64,000 nt of DNA, taken from assembly GCF_006345805.1 (NCBI RefSeq), contig NC_043001.1:83018001-83082000 (forward strand), written 5' to 3'. The notes beneath the pieces were generated by a model, which worked only from the letters and a program-made list of their open reading frames with translations, was not told where the DNA came from and did not search any database. Both the position numbers and the translations under genes were made by a program. This DNA comes from Octopus sinensis. Its lineage: Eukaryota. Shown here in pieces: positions 23,794 through 37,252 of this stretch; the first letter of the stretch is position 1; each line of letters opens with the position of its first letter.

Positions 23794-24481
23794 CTCACGC
23801 ATACACACAGAAGGTAATCTTTCAACAAGGCACAACCTATACGTACCTATATACATGTAGAGAGATGTACCTATGTATATTTTTAAATAGTATACACATT
23901 GTGCAGAGAAACCACTCAGATTTTCAAGCTGTAGAGAGCATATACATTAGAAGCTAAGAAATGAAACGCAACTAACTTAACGCAGTTGACTTTTCATTTT
24001 TAACGGCCTCCATGTTTGATAGTCACTCCTTGATAGCCGAGTAAACTTTATTGCAAACTTCTTCGCATTATATTTATAATGAAGATGTTAAGGTCAAATG
24101 ATGTGAATGCTTCAATCTCACACTTCAGCTTTTATCTTTCATTAATCGATGCAATAGGCTTATGTCAAGTACAGAGGTTTGATATAATTGAGTGTTGCCC
24201 TTCTGTAAAATGAGTGGTTCCGAAAGAAATCATTATGTTCGTCTTTCTTAAATAAATCATTATGTTCCTTTCTTACATAAAACGGAATTACGTGACTTCT
24301 CGGAAAACAAGCATGAAAATCTTCACTGTTAACGAGGTTCATAACCATAGGGTCTTGGGTTCATTCCCATTATTCGGTCACTTGGGCAAGGATCTTGTAA
24401 TATAATACATCAGACTGACCAATATCTTTTGAATGAATTTGCCAGAGGAAAATTGTAGTATCCCGTTATATACATATATAG

Positions 24482-24528
<47 letters not shown>

Positions 24529-25126
24529 CATATACACACACATATATATATGTATATACATACTTATATACACATACAAGCATATACATACATATATACG
24601 TATATACATGCATAAATTCATAAAATACATATAAATGCATATATACATACACACATACAAGTGCGCACACATACACACGCATGGCTGTGTCTGTACGTGT
24701 GTGTTAATATGTGTGTTTGTGTGTATATATATATATATATGTGTGTGTGTCAGTGTGTGAGCGCGCGCTTCTTTGTGTTTATCCCGTATCTCTTGACAAC
24801 TAGTATTCATTTGTTTACGTCTCCTTAACTTGGCTCTTCGGTCGAAGATAACGATTTTTCGACAAAGCTTACAAGGTGGTGGTGCCAGCATGGTCACTGT
24901 TCAACGATCAAAACACGCCAAAGAGTAAAAGGAAAGAATATATACAGTGTGAAAATTCTCCAAAAACATTAACCGATTCTATAATCTTCACTGTGTACAA
25001 TCTGCTTGTACTTAATCATTAAAAGATCGCTGTTAATATCTTAAAGAAGTGGTTGTATACTATTCGTGTCGCCCAAATTTGCAATTGAAACGTCACACAC
25101 TCGTCTTGATTACACCAAGGAAGTCC

Positions 25127-25335
25127 GCGAGCTGGCGGAATCGTTAGCGCACCGGGCAAAATTCTTAGCGGTTTCTCTTCCAGCTTAAATTTCTCTAAGT
25201 TCAGATTCGGCGGTGATCGACTTTGCGTTTCATATCCTTGAGGTGGGTGAAAAAAATAGTACCAGTTGAGCACGGGGGTCGATGTAATCAATTAATTCCA
25301 TGCACAAAAATTTCAGGCCTTGTGCCTATATTGGA
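25127..25335 (+). mobile_element. SINE family A
   Basis: GCGAGCTGGCGGAATCGTTAGC...GTACCAGTTGAGCACGGGGGTCGATG. Confidence 0.75.
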
Positions 25336-26077
25336 AATAATTAATTACCATAAAGATTTTATTTTTTATTTTTTTCGTCAAGACCAAAGTCACTTTAATT
25401 CCTTAGCTTCTCACCTCAATTCTATGCAACACTACACTCATTTGATGATGCCACAGGGATAATCCACATCGGCTTTGGTTAATCTTTTTGTTAATGGTAA
25501 TAGTGCCAAATTTATTAAATGCTTTCTCTCGTCTCTAGATTTGCTAAAATTCTATAATGTCTTCACGTTGTTATTTCCAATAAATGTGAGAGCCATATTC
25601 GTTCCAAAGAGATTTTCTGCTCGAAGAAGTTGAATGTTGGTGGTTTAATAACATACTAAATCTCCTAATTTCTCTGTCTACAATCTTAGATTACATTCAC
25701 CAAATTGTCACGGCTGGAATGCCTTTTATCATAGGTCTGCTCAAACAAACTCAACCTAGGCCTAAACAAAAACAACAACAGCAACAACTAAAACAGAAGC
25801 AACTTATATCGGTTACTGCAACTGTTATATAATGACTCACTGACAGGAAACCAAATGAAAAGATAATACTAATCACGCTGCAACCTATCGACTAACATAA
25901 TTAATTAATTAATTTTGTATAACAATATACGTCTGCGTTAATGTAAATTAATTTTGCTGCTATGAAGGTGGTGATCTCATATTAGTTTGTAAGATGAGAA
26001 TTCCATTTACTTAGTCAATAGGACTGCCATCTTAAAGACTGAGAATTACAGCAACATCTTAATTACTCCAATCAGGG

Positions 26078-26610
26078 CGTGGCTAAGCAGAATCGTTGGT
26101 GCATCGGATAAAAATACTTGTATCATTTGTTCCAGCTCTTTACATTCTGAGTTGAAATTCTGCCGAGCTCAACTTTGTTTTTCCTTCTTTCTACGTCGAT
26201 AAAACAAAGAACCTATCAAGAACTCAAGTATTGATGTCGATGTAATCGACTTCACTCTCACCTCGAAATTGCTGGCCTTGTGCCGAAATTCGAAACTATT
26301 ATTATTATAAGCGATGAGTTGTCAGAATCCTTACCGTGTGGTACAAAATGGTTAGCAGCATATCTTCTAGCTCTTTACGTTTTGAGTTCAAACTGCGCAA
26401 AGGTCGACTATGATTTTCATCCTTTTGGAATCGATAAAAAAGTACCAGTCAGGTACTAGGGTTGATGTAATAGGCTAATTCCATCTCCTAAAATCTGAAA
26501 CCGTTATTATTTTGCCTTCTATCCTCTCACCGATAAAATATAGAGCTAGTGAAGTGCTGGGGTCTATAGCATCGACTTACGCCTCCCTCTCAAAATTGCA
26601 GGTCTTGTTT
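26078..26610 (+). mobile_element. Cluster of about three degenerate SINE family A copies
   Basis: Repeated GAGTT(C/G)AAA...GGTCGAC...GTCGATAAAA modules. Confidence 0.65.
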
Positions 26611-27039
26611 ATATCAGAGACCATTATTCACTTAAATCTAAGACAGAACCAATGTTGCAGCGCCTGTATCAAAGCTGGGTTTTTTTTTGTGCCAGTATAA
26701 CCATTCTCTACCTCTCCGACGGCGTCCAGATTTTTTCTGCTTAGTGAATTACACTTGCAAAGCTTGGATCGTTCAGAAACTGTTGGAGGCAGTTTGTTCA
26801 TGGTGTGATCAAACCGCGCGGTAAAATCGAACGTGGGTATAATAATTGTGAAGCAAGCATCCAAACTATTTGTCCACACCACTACCATAACTTTCTAGAA
26901 AAATAACGAAGATTCCTTTTTTATTGTTTTTCTTGAGCCCTAGAGACTCTTATAACCGATTACCCGGTTTCCCTAGTAAGTACCAAAGATCACAACATTG
27001 CATTATACGGGATGCCAGTCCGTTGCAGGGCTCAATGCT

Positions 27040-27216
27040 TGACATTTTGACGGGATGGGACAAGTCGATTGTATCTGGTATTTTATTTTATCGACTCCAA
27101 AACAAAAAAAGGCAAAGTCGACCTCGGCGTGCTATCACCAGAAAGTATAGAGCCGAAAAACTGCCACTAAGCATTTTGTCTGACGTACTAACGATTATGC
27201 CAGCTCTCCACCTTAA
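27040..27216 (-). mobile_element. SINE family A
   Basis: GGCAAAGTCGACCTCGGCG...CTAAGCATTTTGTC...GCCAGCTCTCCACCTTAA. Confidence 0.7.
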
Positions 27217-27724
27217 TAAAGGCAGTAATGAATGCCTATGGACCGCTCAGGTACAAAGCCCTAAGTTACCGTTAGCATTACATAACATAGGATAAGGCTG
27301 AGCCTTCGGATTACAGAGAGAGCAGTCCATCTGACACGTTTTCACAATTCCCGTCAAACTTATACTTTTACTGACAAGAGATACATTCTAATACGAGCCT
27401 AGTTAATCCAAATATCTTATATTGATGTACTGTGTGTAGAAATATATCTAATTCTCATTGCATATGTTTACAATGAAATTTATTCATGATTTGAAATAAT
27501 TCTTTAAAAGATATGTACATGCTATGCATAAAGTATACCAAATTCGCTCACAATCCATTGATCTGTCAAGTTTCAGTAGAAAACACTAAGACACTTGCAC
27601 AACGTGCACCGCAGTGGGATTGAAACCGAAACCACGTGGTTGTAAAGCCAGATTATTAACTACGCATGTGCTTATACATACATAAATACATACATATATA
27701 TACATATGGCATACATATATTCTT

Positions 27725-28055
27725 CTTTTTTACTTGTTTCAGTCATATTGACTGCGGTCATGCTAGAGCACCGCTTTTAGTCGAGCAAATCGACCCCAGG
27801 ACTTATTCTTTGTAAGCCTGGTACTTAATCTTTACCGAACCGCTAAGTTACGGGCACGTAAACACACTATCATCGGTTGTCAAGCGATGCTGGGACACAC
27901 ACACAAACATACATATTTATACGACGAGCTTCTTTCAGTTTCCGTCTACAAAATCTGGTAGGCCCGAGACTATAGTAAGGTGCTTCGCAGTGGGACCCAA
28001 CCCGGAACCGAGTGGCTTGCAAGCAAGCTACTTACCACACAGCCACTCCTGCGCC
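27725..28055 (-). mobile_element. SINE family B
   Basis: TTTCAGTCATATTGACTGCGG...TACTTACCACACAGCCACTCCTGCGCC. Confidence 0.85.
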
Positions 28056-28082
28056 TACATACATGCATATATATATATATAT

Positions 28083-28313
28083 AATTGTATTTTTCGAAAT
28101 TTTATATTTAAAATTACTCTAAAAGGTAATATATTTATTAAATTATGAACTGTGTCGCTTAGATAAAAGACTGTTTCGATAAAATGTCTTGTCATTTAAT
28201 GTATACATTGGTGCACATGATTTACAGCGGATGTGGAGTTCAAATCCTGCGGGTGATATTACATTTCCCGTCTTCTTATATGATATATATATATATATGT
28301 GTGTATATATATA

Positions 28314-28376
<63 letters not shown>

Positions 28377-28574
28377 TATAAGAAGACGTGAAATGTAATA
28401 TCACCCGCAGGATTTGAACTCCACATCCGCTGTAAATCATGTGCACCAATGTATACATTGAATGACAAGACATTTTATCGAAACAGTCTTTTATCTAAGC
28501 GACACAGTTCATAATTTAATAAATATATTACCTTTTAGAGTAATTTTAAATATAAAATTTCGAAAAATACAATT
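28083..28574. repeat. Near-perfect ~200-bp-arm palindrome around an (AT)n core
   Basis: 28083-28283 is the reverse complement of 28374-28574, with 2 mismatches found by eye. Confidence 0.95.
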
Positions 28575-28829
28575 TCCATCTAAAAATTAATATTATATTG
28601 CAGTAGTAGAACTTCAAGAATGTCTAGTTATTACTAGATTCATAAATTATGTGCTACAGATAGCAGATAATTAATTATTTGATAATTGCCAGCATGATGT
28701 CCAGTTAAAATGTTCTTTAGTCGTTCGTTCCCTGCATTGTAATGTATTTCTCACAGTAGGCTATCAATACCACCGGCCTGTGCGTGGCTCGATAAATACC
28801 TCATTTGCATTTTGCTTGCGTTACTTCTG

Positions 28830-29150
28830 TTTATCATTTTTTTTTCGCGAGTGTACGTAATGTAGGATGAATAATTGCAACACCTTTGCTATATATTCGT
28901 TGTGCCAGCCTTCAGTGTGGTGATTGATACATGGCAATTCATTTTGCACACGTTCATATACACATATACATTCTAGCATTATATTAGTAATACTGGTTAT
29001 CGACGTGTTCCACGTCGAACTAACGCAATCCACGCAATTGCGAAATAATTTATGAACGCTTCAAGCAAATATTCATCTTCATCGCTTAAAGGACCACTCA
29101 ATAAATTCTTCAGGTTTTCACACAACAGCTGGTGTCAGAAAAACCGAAGC
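28830..29150 (-). mobile_element. Mutator-like (MULE) transposase C-terminal remnant
   Basis: Minus strand reads EYLLEAFINYFAIAWIALVRRGTRR*PVLLI*C*NVY, then (after a GTATAT micro-duplication frameshift) ERVQNELPCINHHTEGWHN. This matches the YF.xTWI...WNVY...LPRTNNxxEGWHN pattern. Confidence 0.6.
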
Positions 29151-29184
29151 TTAAATTTTATCTGAAATATTGGTTTCAAATTTT

Positions 29185-29372
29185 GGCTGAAAGCCAGAAA
29201 CTTTGCGGAAGGGAGTAAGTCGATTACATCGACCCCGGTGCTCAACTGGAAATCATTTTATCGACCCCGAAAGGATGAAAAGCAAAGTCGGCCTCGGAAG
29301 AATTTGAACTTAGAACGTAAAGAGGGACGAAATGCTGCAAATCACTAACGAATCTGCCAGCTCGCCGCCTTA
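29185..29372 (-). mobile_element. SINE family A
   Basis: AAGTCGATTACATCGACCCCGGTGCTCAACTGG...TGCCAGCTCGCCGCCTTAA. Confidence 0.8.
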
Positions 29373-29399
29373 AATTTTAATCTGTAATATTAAAATTAT

Positions 29400-29750
29400 T
29401 CCACTCTTTTACTCTGTTACTTCTTTCAGTGATTTGACTGCGGCTATGATGGAGCACTGCCTTTAGTCGAGCAAATCGACCACAGGACTTATTCTTCGTA
29501 AGCCTAGTACTTATTCTATCGGTCTGTTTTGCCGAACCGCTAAGTTACGGGGACGTAAACACATCAGCATCAGTTGTCAAGCGGTGTTGGGGGGAACAAA
29601 CACAGACACACAATCATATACACACATACATTCACAAGGCTTTGGTTGGCCCGAGGCTATAGTAAAAGACACTTGCCCATGGTGCCACGCAGTGGGACTG
29701 AATCCGGAATCATGTGGTTGTTAAGCAAGCTACTTACCACACAGCCACTC
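29400..29750 (-). mobile_element. SINE family B
   Basis: Both halves are present, with a deletion near the centre. Confidence 0.85.
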
Positions 29751-31583
29751 CCAAAATTAGTTCCATGAAAATCATTTCGATGAAATGTCCTGTCGATAAA
29801 CTGTCTTTAGATGAAAGCTCGAAAGAGTTAAGGAAGAGAATAAGAAGAGATATATTCTATATCTTAGGTTATACTGAGCAAATCCCGTAGCCTCTAATAA
29901 AATAGACTAGAGGGTGGAGTGACCTTGTTTCTAGGCTTGAAGAAATGCTTATGTTGAGTACATAAACTTTCCAGTCATTTTAGTGGTTTCAAGCCCAACT
30001 TAATTCTCTAACATATTATAAACTGGGGCGAGCGTTGTTGGAGAGGCAAAATCCTCTCAGTGAACCGATGGATATCAGCATTTGCATGTGAGCTTTTGGT
30101 GTGAAGCCTGCATGAGAATATGAGTTTTCGTTATAAAGCAATATATTGGAAAAAATTTTGTTTAGACAAGAGTAAATTAACTTTAACATTACGTACGTTA
30201 AAAACATTGTTGCATTTATGTGTGTGTGGAAGTGGTGATTGATTTAGGATTAAAAGCTCTTGTAGAGATATCTTGTTGGAGCAGACATTTAAATCAGATT
30301 ATTTTATTCTCTCTCTCAACAGGGTTGGGCTGAGGGAATCTCCACGCACGTTCGCTTCTTATTGAAAACGCTCCTCGTTAACGCCTCACTGTAATGTGGT
30401 TAAACTCTGACGAAAATATTTCAATCTGAGGAGAAGTCGAAGGTAGTTCCACTAATGCCGAATACTAAGCTTTTAATCATAGCTGGAGGAGTTCTTATAG
30501 ATATACGTTGTCGTGATTAGGCCTTATAAAAGAGTTGTATCTGCTTCTCATGGGGATCTAATGTCCAAGAGGTTGACTTTGATAACGATAGTGGTAATAA
30601 TTATGTTTAAGCAAAACTCTTTGAAGATTCATATTAGGTTGTTCCTAAATCTAGTCATGACAGGCGTGGCCGTTCATATTGTATCGTGCCTGTACAGACA
30701 ATTGCTAAAGAAAATGCACGCTTCTTGAGGGCTGTACAGGACAAATAATAATACTAGATCTACAAGCTCAACCCCTTCGCATTTTTCTATAGATGCATCG
30801 GGTAGTAGTTAACCACCATTTCTGACCGAGTAGGAATATCATAAGAGTTATTTCCTACCGTTAATGAATATTCTAATTTTGAGACTGATAATCCTATTGA
30901 ACTGCCCCTCGAAATCCAAGAAATATCTTGATATAAAAGGCTTTACTATATGAAGCAACCTGATGAACAAACAAAGAGAAAAACAGTTTGCTAATCTGGC
31001 TTCAGTTTAAATCAAATCTGGTGAAGAGTTCATAATATACAGATGCAAAGCAGTGTCATTTCGATAATTCTTAGAGAACATACAAGTGTTTTGTAGCCAT
31101 TAGACATTGGTAGTATTCAATCATTTAATACATGAGAATGAAATCGAATGGCTGAATGCAAGAAAGATCATACACGAAATGATGGAGAAAGATCATACAC
31201 GAAAGACGAAAGGAAATAAAAGCTAACGTTATTATCAAATCGTATAATACTCTGATGAAAATATTTTGCACGGCACAGAGCAGGGGAGGTGCTGGGGAGG
31301 GAGTCAAACTAACCATTAGTGCGAAGAGTCAATATTGATGAACTTGACAACAATATAGTCATTTAGAGTGATGTCAAAGGACTGCCCCCCTATTAATGAG
31401 ACAAAAGAAGGAGCTAGAAGCATCTAATTAAACCTTTATTAAGGATTAAATGAGCTTGCTACTTTATGATTGCGTGACAGCACGGGTTCAGGGAGAAATC
31501 AATAAAATTTTTGACGAATGACTCAAACTTCATACTGATGAACTCAAAGTTCATCAGCATTATTATCATTGTCGTTGTTGCTA

Positions 31584-31644
<61 letters not shown>

Positions 31645-31645
<1 letters not shown>

Positions 31646-31822
31646 AAGGCAGCGAATTGGCAGAATCGTTAGCATACCGAACAAAAAAGCGCGATTTCGT
31701 ACGTCTTTATGTGTAAGTTCAAATTCTGCTGAGGACGACTTTCCCTTTCATCTTTTCGAGGTCGCTAAAATAAGAACCAGTTGACTATTAAGGTTTCGGG
31801 CCTTCTGCCCATAATAGAAAGG
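31645..31822 (+). mobile_element. SINE family A, internally deleted, between (GTT)n and (CTT)n/(ATT)n tracts
   Basis: TTAAGGCAGCGAATTGGCAGAATCGTTAGC...GTAAGTTCAAATTCTGCTGAGG. Confidence 0.7.
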
Positions 31823-31858
31823 ATAATTCTTCTTCTTCTTCTTCTTCTTCTTCTTCTT

Positions 31859-31893
<35 letters not shown>

Positions 31894-31899
31894 CTTCTT

Positions 31900-34540
31900 T
31901 CCATTTCTTGTCGAGTGTCCTCCTGACACCTAGGGCAGTGAAACACACTGTATACGTTTGTAGGCCATTAAAATAAACACACCCGATTTGATGTTAGAGA
32001 AAAAAGGGAAGAAAGACAGTGAAAAGTAAAAAATGGAAAGTAAGCAAAGAAAATATAGGGGAAAAAGTAAAGAAAATTCACAGCGACAATGCTCTTCTCA
32101 GTACATGTGACATACCAGTTAAGATAATTTTTTGCACTTCCTGTATGAATGGTAAGCCAGGGATCATTCTTAAATAACTTCCAGTTCCTTTTTTGATCAT
32201 TCCAAGTGCTCCTACAATCATTGGTATTGTAGCCGTCTTGAGATGCCACATCTTTTCGATTTGGATTACCAAACCTTTATATTTTCTGAGTTTTTCAAAT
32301 TCTTTTGCCGAGATATTATGGTCACAGGGTATGCTCATGTCAATCAATAAACAGGCTTTATTGTTTTGGTTTTTGATAATATTTGGTCTGTTTGCCTTGA
32401 TAGTCCGATCTGTACATACTGGAAAGTCTCAAAGAACCGTTACATTTTCTCCCTCAGTTCGAGCCTCAGGGTGGTGTTTGCACCATTTGTCAGCTGTTTT
32501 GATTTTATAATGCCGATACATTATCCAATGTAGATATTGGCCAAATCTGTCATGTCTTGATTTGTACCTTACAAATGCTAAAACCTTACAGCCAGAGATT
32601 AGGTGGTCCACTGTTTCAAACCCATCGTTGCAGTATCGGCACTTTGGGTCAACACCATTTTTCATCACAATGGCTTAATAGTTGCAGATCAATAAGCTCT
32701 GATCTAGAGCAGCCAAGATAAAGCCTTTACTCTCTGCCTTTAGCCCTGAGCTCCGTAGCCACTGATGGGTGTGCTTCTGGTCTACATTAGCTTATCTGCC
32801 AAGAACCACATATTTGCCATGCAGGGTCATTGTTCCCAACTATCAGTTATTTGCTCAAATGCATTTTGCTTTGCCATTGATTTCATCTTCTTTTCAATTA
32901 CAGTTACCGCACTACTATCATGCTGTTCAACTTGGGTATCATGCATAAACTCCCTTGATAATTTTTTGCTCTCCTTCATAACAGAATGAAGCTTCATACA
33001 TCTTTGGTAGTTTTCAACGAGCTTTAGCATCCAGTCGTTAAATGTTAAATGATATTTTGCCAGTCCAACTGTGGTAGTTTTGCAATAGATTTCAAATTAG
33101 ATTAAGCCTCGACCTCCTTGAGCTCTGGGCAGGTTAGGGCGATCTACATCTGTCTTTCGGTGGTGCATTTTATAGCAAATCAACAGCTTACGGATTTTCC
33201 TGTCAATCTTCTTTATTTCGCTCATATCCCAGTTCAACACATTGAAACTGTTAATAACAACTGGAACTGCTAAAGAATTTATAGCTAACACCTTGTTACG
33301 TGCATTTAACTCGGATTTTAGGACTGCTTGAACTCTCCTGTAACATTCCTTCATGATCTCTATCATGTTTGTATACTGAATGCCAGAACCCTCATTTATT
33401 CCGAGGTATTTGTAAGTTTGTTCCCGCTCGAGTTCTTTTCTGACTGTGTCAGCATCCAACACCACTGAATGTGAGGTCTTCAATTTACCTTTCTCGAAAG
33501 TGGCCTTGACACATTTCTCGAGACCATATTCCATCTCGATGGATATTAATATTTTTTGTGGTCAGTACTTCATTAGAGTGGTATACTTGGAGATTCGTAT
33601 TCCATACTGACATATTGTGCTTCAAGAAGTTTGAAATCACAGGAGAAATTTTAAAGATATCCAGTGATTTCAAGATCCATGAATACGATATGCTGTCAAA
33701 GGCCTTTTTTATTATCAATCCATGTGGAACTGAGATTTCTGCGCTTATTATGACAATTCTCAAGGATCATGCGATTGATTAAGAGTTCGTCTTTGCATCC
33801 ATATGGGCCTCGTCGGCACCCTTTTTGTTCAGTGGGGAAAATATCGTTCTGTTCCTTAAATCTGTGTTTTCTCCACGAGGGTGGATTTTATACGTGGTAG
33901 ATAGGGGCCGATAGTTATACGTGGTAGATAGGGCCCGATGTTATGGGCCGATAGTTTTGGGGAAATTTAGTTTCATTATTCTTCGGGAATAGGTAAGTAA
34001 TACCTCTAGCTAACCAATCTGGTGTTTTCGTAAGATCTCACATGATTTTATTGAATAACCGAACTAACTTTTCGTGTGCACACGGGAGCGATACAAATGA
34101 GAAACTTGGCGCCCTATCATACAAGAGGATTTCCACTATGAGCCTTCATGGGTGTCATCCTTAGGTCTGCTATTGTGATGTCTTCCCACGATTGTTGGTC
34201 GAATGCTTGTTTCTGTAGAATGTTTTAATATTGGATGCGAACAACATATTTTGCTTGTAAAATTAGGTTCTCTTTTCAAATTTTCATATTCTTTGAGCTT
34301 TTGCTTGGAATTTTTGTTGCAGCGTTTCTTTTGCTGAAAACAGTTCTTCTCTTAGTGAGAATCTGTTTTCGTTTCATCCTTCTTCCTTTTCTGGTTTTTA
34401 CATCGATTCCACGGACTAGTTCATTCAATATTGATACCACCCCCCCCCCCCGCCTTTTTATTCCAATCTCTTTTTCGATTTTACTTTTCCAGTTTGAAAT
34501 TCTTCTCAGGTTTGTATTTCTTTGTTTTTTTCAGAGGCCC
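31900..34540 (-). mobile_element. 5'-truncated, decayed Dong/R4-like RLE non-LTR retrotransposon
   Basis: Minus strand shows NYRP-like and KKAFDSISYSWI motifs, EYGLEKC, TYKYLG, RAQGGRGLI, Zn knuckle CRYCNDGFETVDHLISGC, RHD, IDMSIPCD...IPMIVGALG...HVLRRALSL*. A 3' UTR and (TAA)n/(GAA)n tail follow at ~31825-31900. Confidence 0.9.
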
Positions 34541-34688
34541 GTCACTCTGTTATGAGTTCAAATTCCGTGGAGATCGACTTCGCCTTTTATCCTTTCGGGA
34601 TCGATTAAATAGGTACCAGTTACGCACTGGAATTGATGTAATCGACTTAATCCCCTCCCCCAAGCTGCCCTTGTGGCCAACATTATTA

Positions 34689-34754
<66 letters not shown>

Positions 34755-35170
34755 ATACATTTATTATTATCATTATTATTATTATTATTATTATTACTAC
34801 TATTATTATTATTAAGGTGGTGAGCTGGCAGAGTCGTTACCACAGTGGATAAAATGCTTAACAGCATTTCGTCCGTCTTTACGTTGTGAGTTCAAATTCA
34901 GCCGATGTCAACTTAGTCGCTAAAATAAGTACCAGTTGACCCTGGTCTCCATGTATTTGAAACCATTATTATTGTCATTGTCAAGGCACTCGACAAATGT
35001 TTAGCGGTTTTTCACCCGTCGCTACGTTCTGAGTTCAAATTCCGCCGAGGTCGACTTTGCTTTTCACCCTTTCAGGGTCGATAAAATAAGTACCAGTTGA
35101 ACACTGGGGTCGATGTAATTTACTCGTCACATACCTCCAAATTGCTGTCCTTGTGGCAAAATTTGAAACC
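34538..35170 (+). mobile_element. Three partial SINE family A copies separated by (ATT)n/(ACT)n
   Basis: GAGTTCAAATTCC modules near 34555, 34890 and 35032. Confidence 0.8.
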
Positions 35171-35932
35171 ATTATTATTGTTGTTGTTGTTATTGTGTTG
35201 TTGTTATTGTTAAGGGGAAGTTTGTAACATGTATCCCTGTCGATCTATACGTTTAAGAACCATTAATGTTCATTTGGTCTTTTCTTACGTTCAGTATTAC
35301 ATTTCTGTTGCTGTGATTTAACTCCAAGGTGAGAAGTATGAAGGGTTTTTTTGCTCCTTTTCTCCCCCACCCCCACCCCACAGAGCTCCAACCGAGTTTA
35401 GAATATATTTACTTACATGATATTTCTTTAAAATTATAAAATTCCAAAATATCGTTGCATTACGAAAGCAGATGTGACAGTAAGAGAAAATGCAAAGTAA
35501 TTGAAAAAAAAAAAAATTAAAAACTTTTCCTCATTATTACAAATATTTTTCTCATAACCTCTGATTCAAAACCCGGCAAAAAAAAATAGCTACAGCAAAA
35601 TAATCAATACCATTATTATTACGCATAACCAATAAAGCAACACTAACAGCAGTAACATCAACGAGACCAGCAGCTGTCTAGCAGCAACAAGAGTAAAAAA
35701 CGTATTCATAACCACTACGTCATCACTAACGCATCAGATATGCGCGCAAAGGCAAGAAGCACAAATTCTGTTCAAGCTAATGACAGCAACAGAAGCGTCA
35801 ACTGCAAGAGCACCAGCGGATTGTTTTTGCAGCCACCGTTGTCAACAACATAAACAAGGCTTTGTCTTTATCACAGATACATAGTAGCGAAGAGACAATA
35901 ATTCAAGCAACCAAGTCAACAGTAACAACACG

Positions 35933-36490
35933 GAGGATCGCGGTTTCGATTCCCAGACCGGACGTTGCGTGTGTTTATTGAGCGGAAACACCTAAAGCTC
36001 CACGAGGCTCCGGCAGGGGGTGGGTGGGATGGCGACCCCTGTTATACTCTTTCGCTCCAACTTTCTCTCACTCTTTCTTCCTGTTTCTTATCCCCGACTT
36101 CCTACGCAACCGCTGAGCCTGGATGCACAGTCATCCATCCGTCGATGCTCTCGGTGTCGGGGGTTGTCCTGCTTTCTCTTCTGCAGGTCTTACGAATAGC
36201 AAAAGGACCACGTTTCGGACTTTTCCCACTACACTGGGACAAAGACCGCTTCGCTCAACAAACAAACAAACAGCAACAACAACAGCAGTAACAGTGGAGG
36301 CGCAATGGCCAGTGGTTAGGGCAGCGGACTCAGGGTCGTAAGAACGTAGTTTCGATTCCCAGACCGGGCATTGTGAGTGTTTATTGAGCAAAAACACCTA
36401 AGTTCCACGTCGCTCCAGCGGGGGAGGGGGAGTGAGCCCCGCTGTACTCTTTCACCACAATTTTCCCTCACTCTTTCTTCCCACTTCTGC
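35933..36490 (+). mobile_element. Two tandem SINE family C copies with different 3' tails
   Basis: GGTTTCGATTCCCAGACCGG...TTTATTGAGC..AAACACCTAA head at ~35933 and ~36295; the tails diverge after CTCTTTCTTCC. Confidence 0.8.
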
Positions 36491-37191
36491 CACAAAGGAG
36501 AGGAACCATGGTGTAGCCCACTATGGTGTGGTAAAACTTTCAGACCCTAGTCTAGATTGCGAATCCTCTGTACCCCAGGATGGTTCAGCTCTCCACCCGT
36601 TAAAAGCCATTGTTTACGGAATGAGGATAACAACGTAGCTTTCGCGCCCGTGCAACCGCCAGGCTATCGCGTTTGGTGGGTGGATCTTCAAGTTGCCACA
36701 CGCATTCTTAGTAGCTTTCGAGTAGGCTCAAATTAGAGATTACTTCTTGTGGCCAATGGCGTGAGTCTTGATTGGAAGAAGAAGAAGAAGAAGAAGAAGA
36801 AGAAGAAGAAGAAGAAGACAGCAACAATAACAACAGCAACAACAACGACGACGATGAGGACAACAGAAACAACAATAAAAACAGCACAAGTGGCAGAAAG
36901 GATAATGGTAGCAGAAGTAATAGCAGCAAGAAGAATATTGCTAATTCCCAAAACCTATTGATAATGATGATGATAATAATAATAATAATCACTTTATTGC
37001 CCATAGAGAGCTAAACATAGAGGGGGACAAAGAAACACAGACAAAGGGATTAAGTCGATTACTACACTATGTGCAAAAGCAAATATATGACAACCTAGGC
37101 ATAACACCAACATGAACTTCTAACTTGTCTCTTGAGGTCTCTAGAGAGTAAGACTCGGAAGCAACTTGCACAAGTACAAAGCAAAAGTCAA

Positions 37192-37250
<59 letters not shown>

Positions 37251-37252
<2 letters not shown>

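Noticed and set aside
30400-30950. Unique block with short ORFs
   Set aside because: All frames are interrupted and no domain is recognisable.
31533-31558. CTGATGAAC-TCAAA-GTTCATCAG
   Set aside because: A simple 9-bp hairpin without GAAA or NUH elements; not a ribozyme.
37132-37250. Poly-Asn N-terminus of the 191-aa ORF
   Set aside because: It is the (AAT)n target array read in frame into the truncated LINE ORF, not a real protein start.
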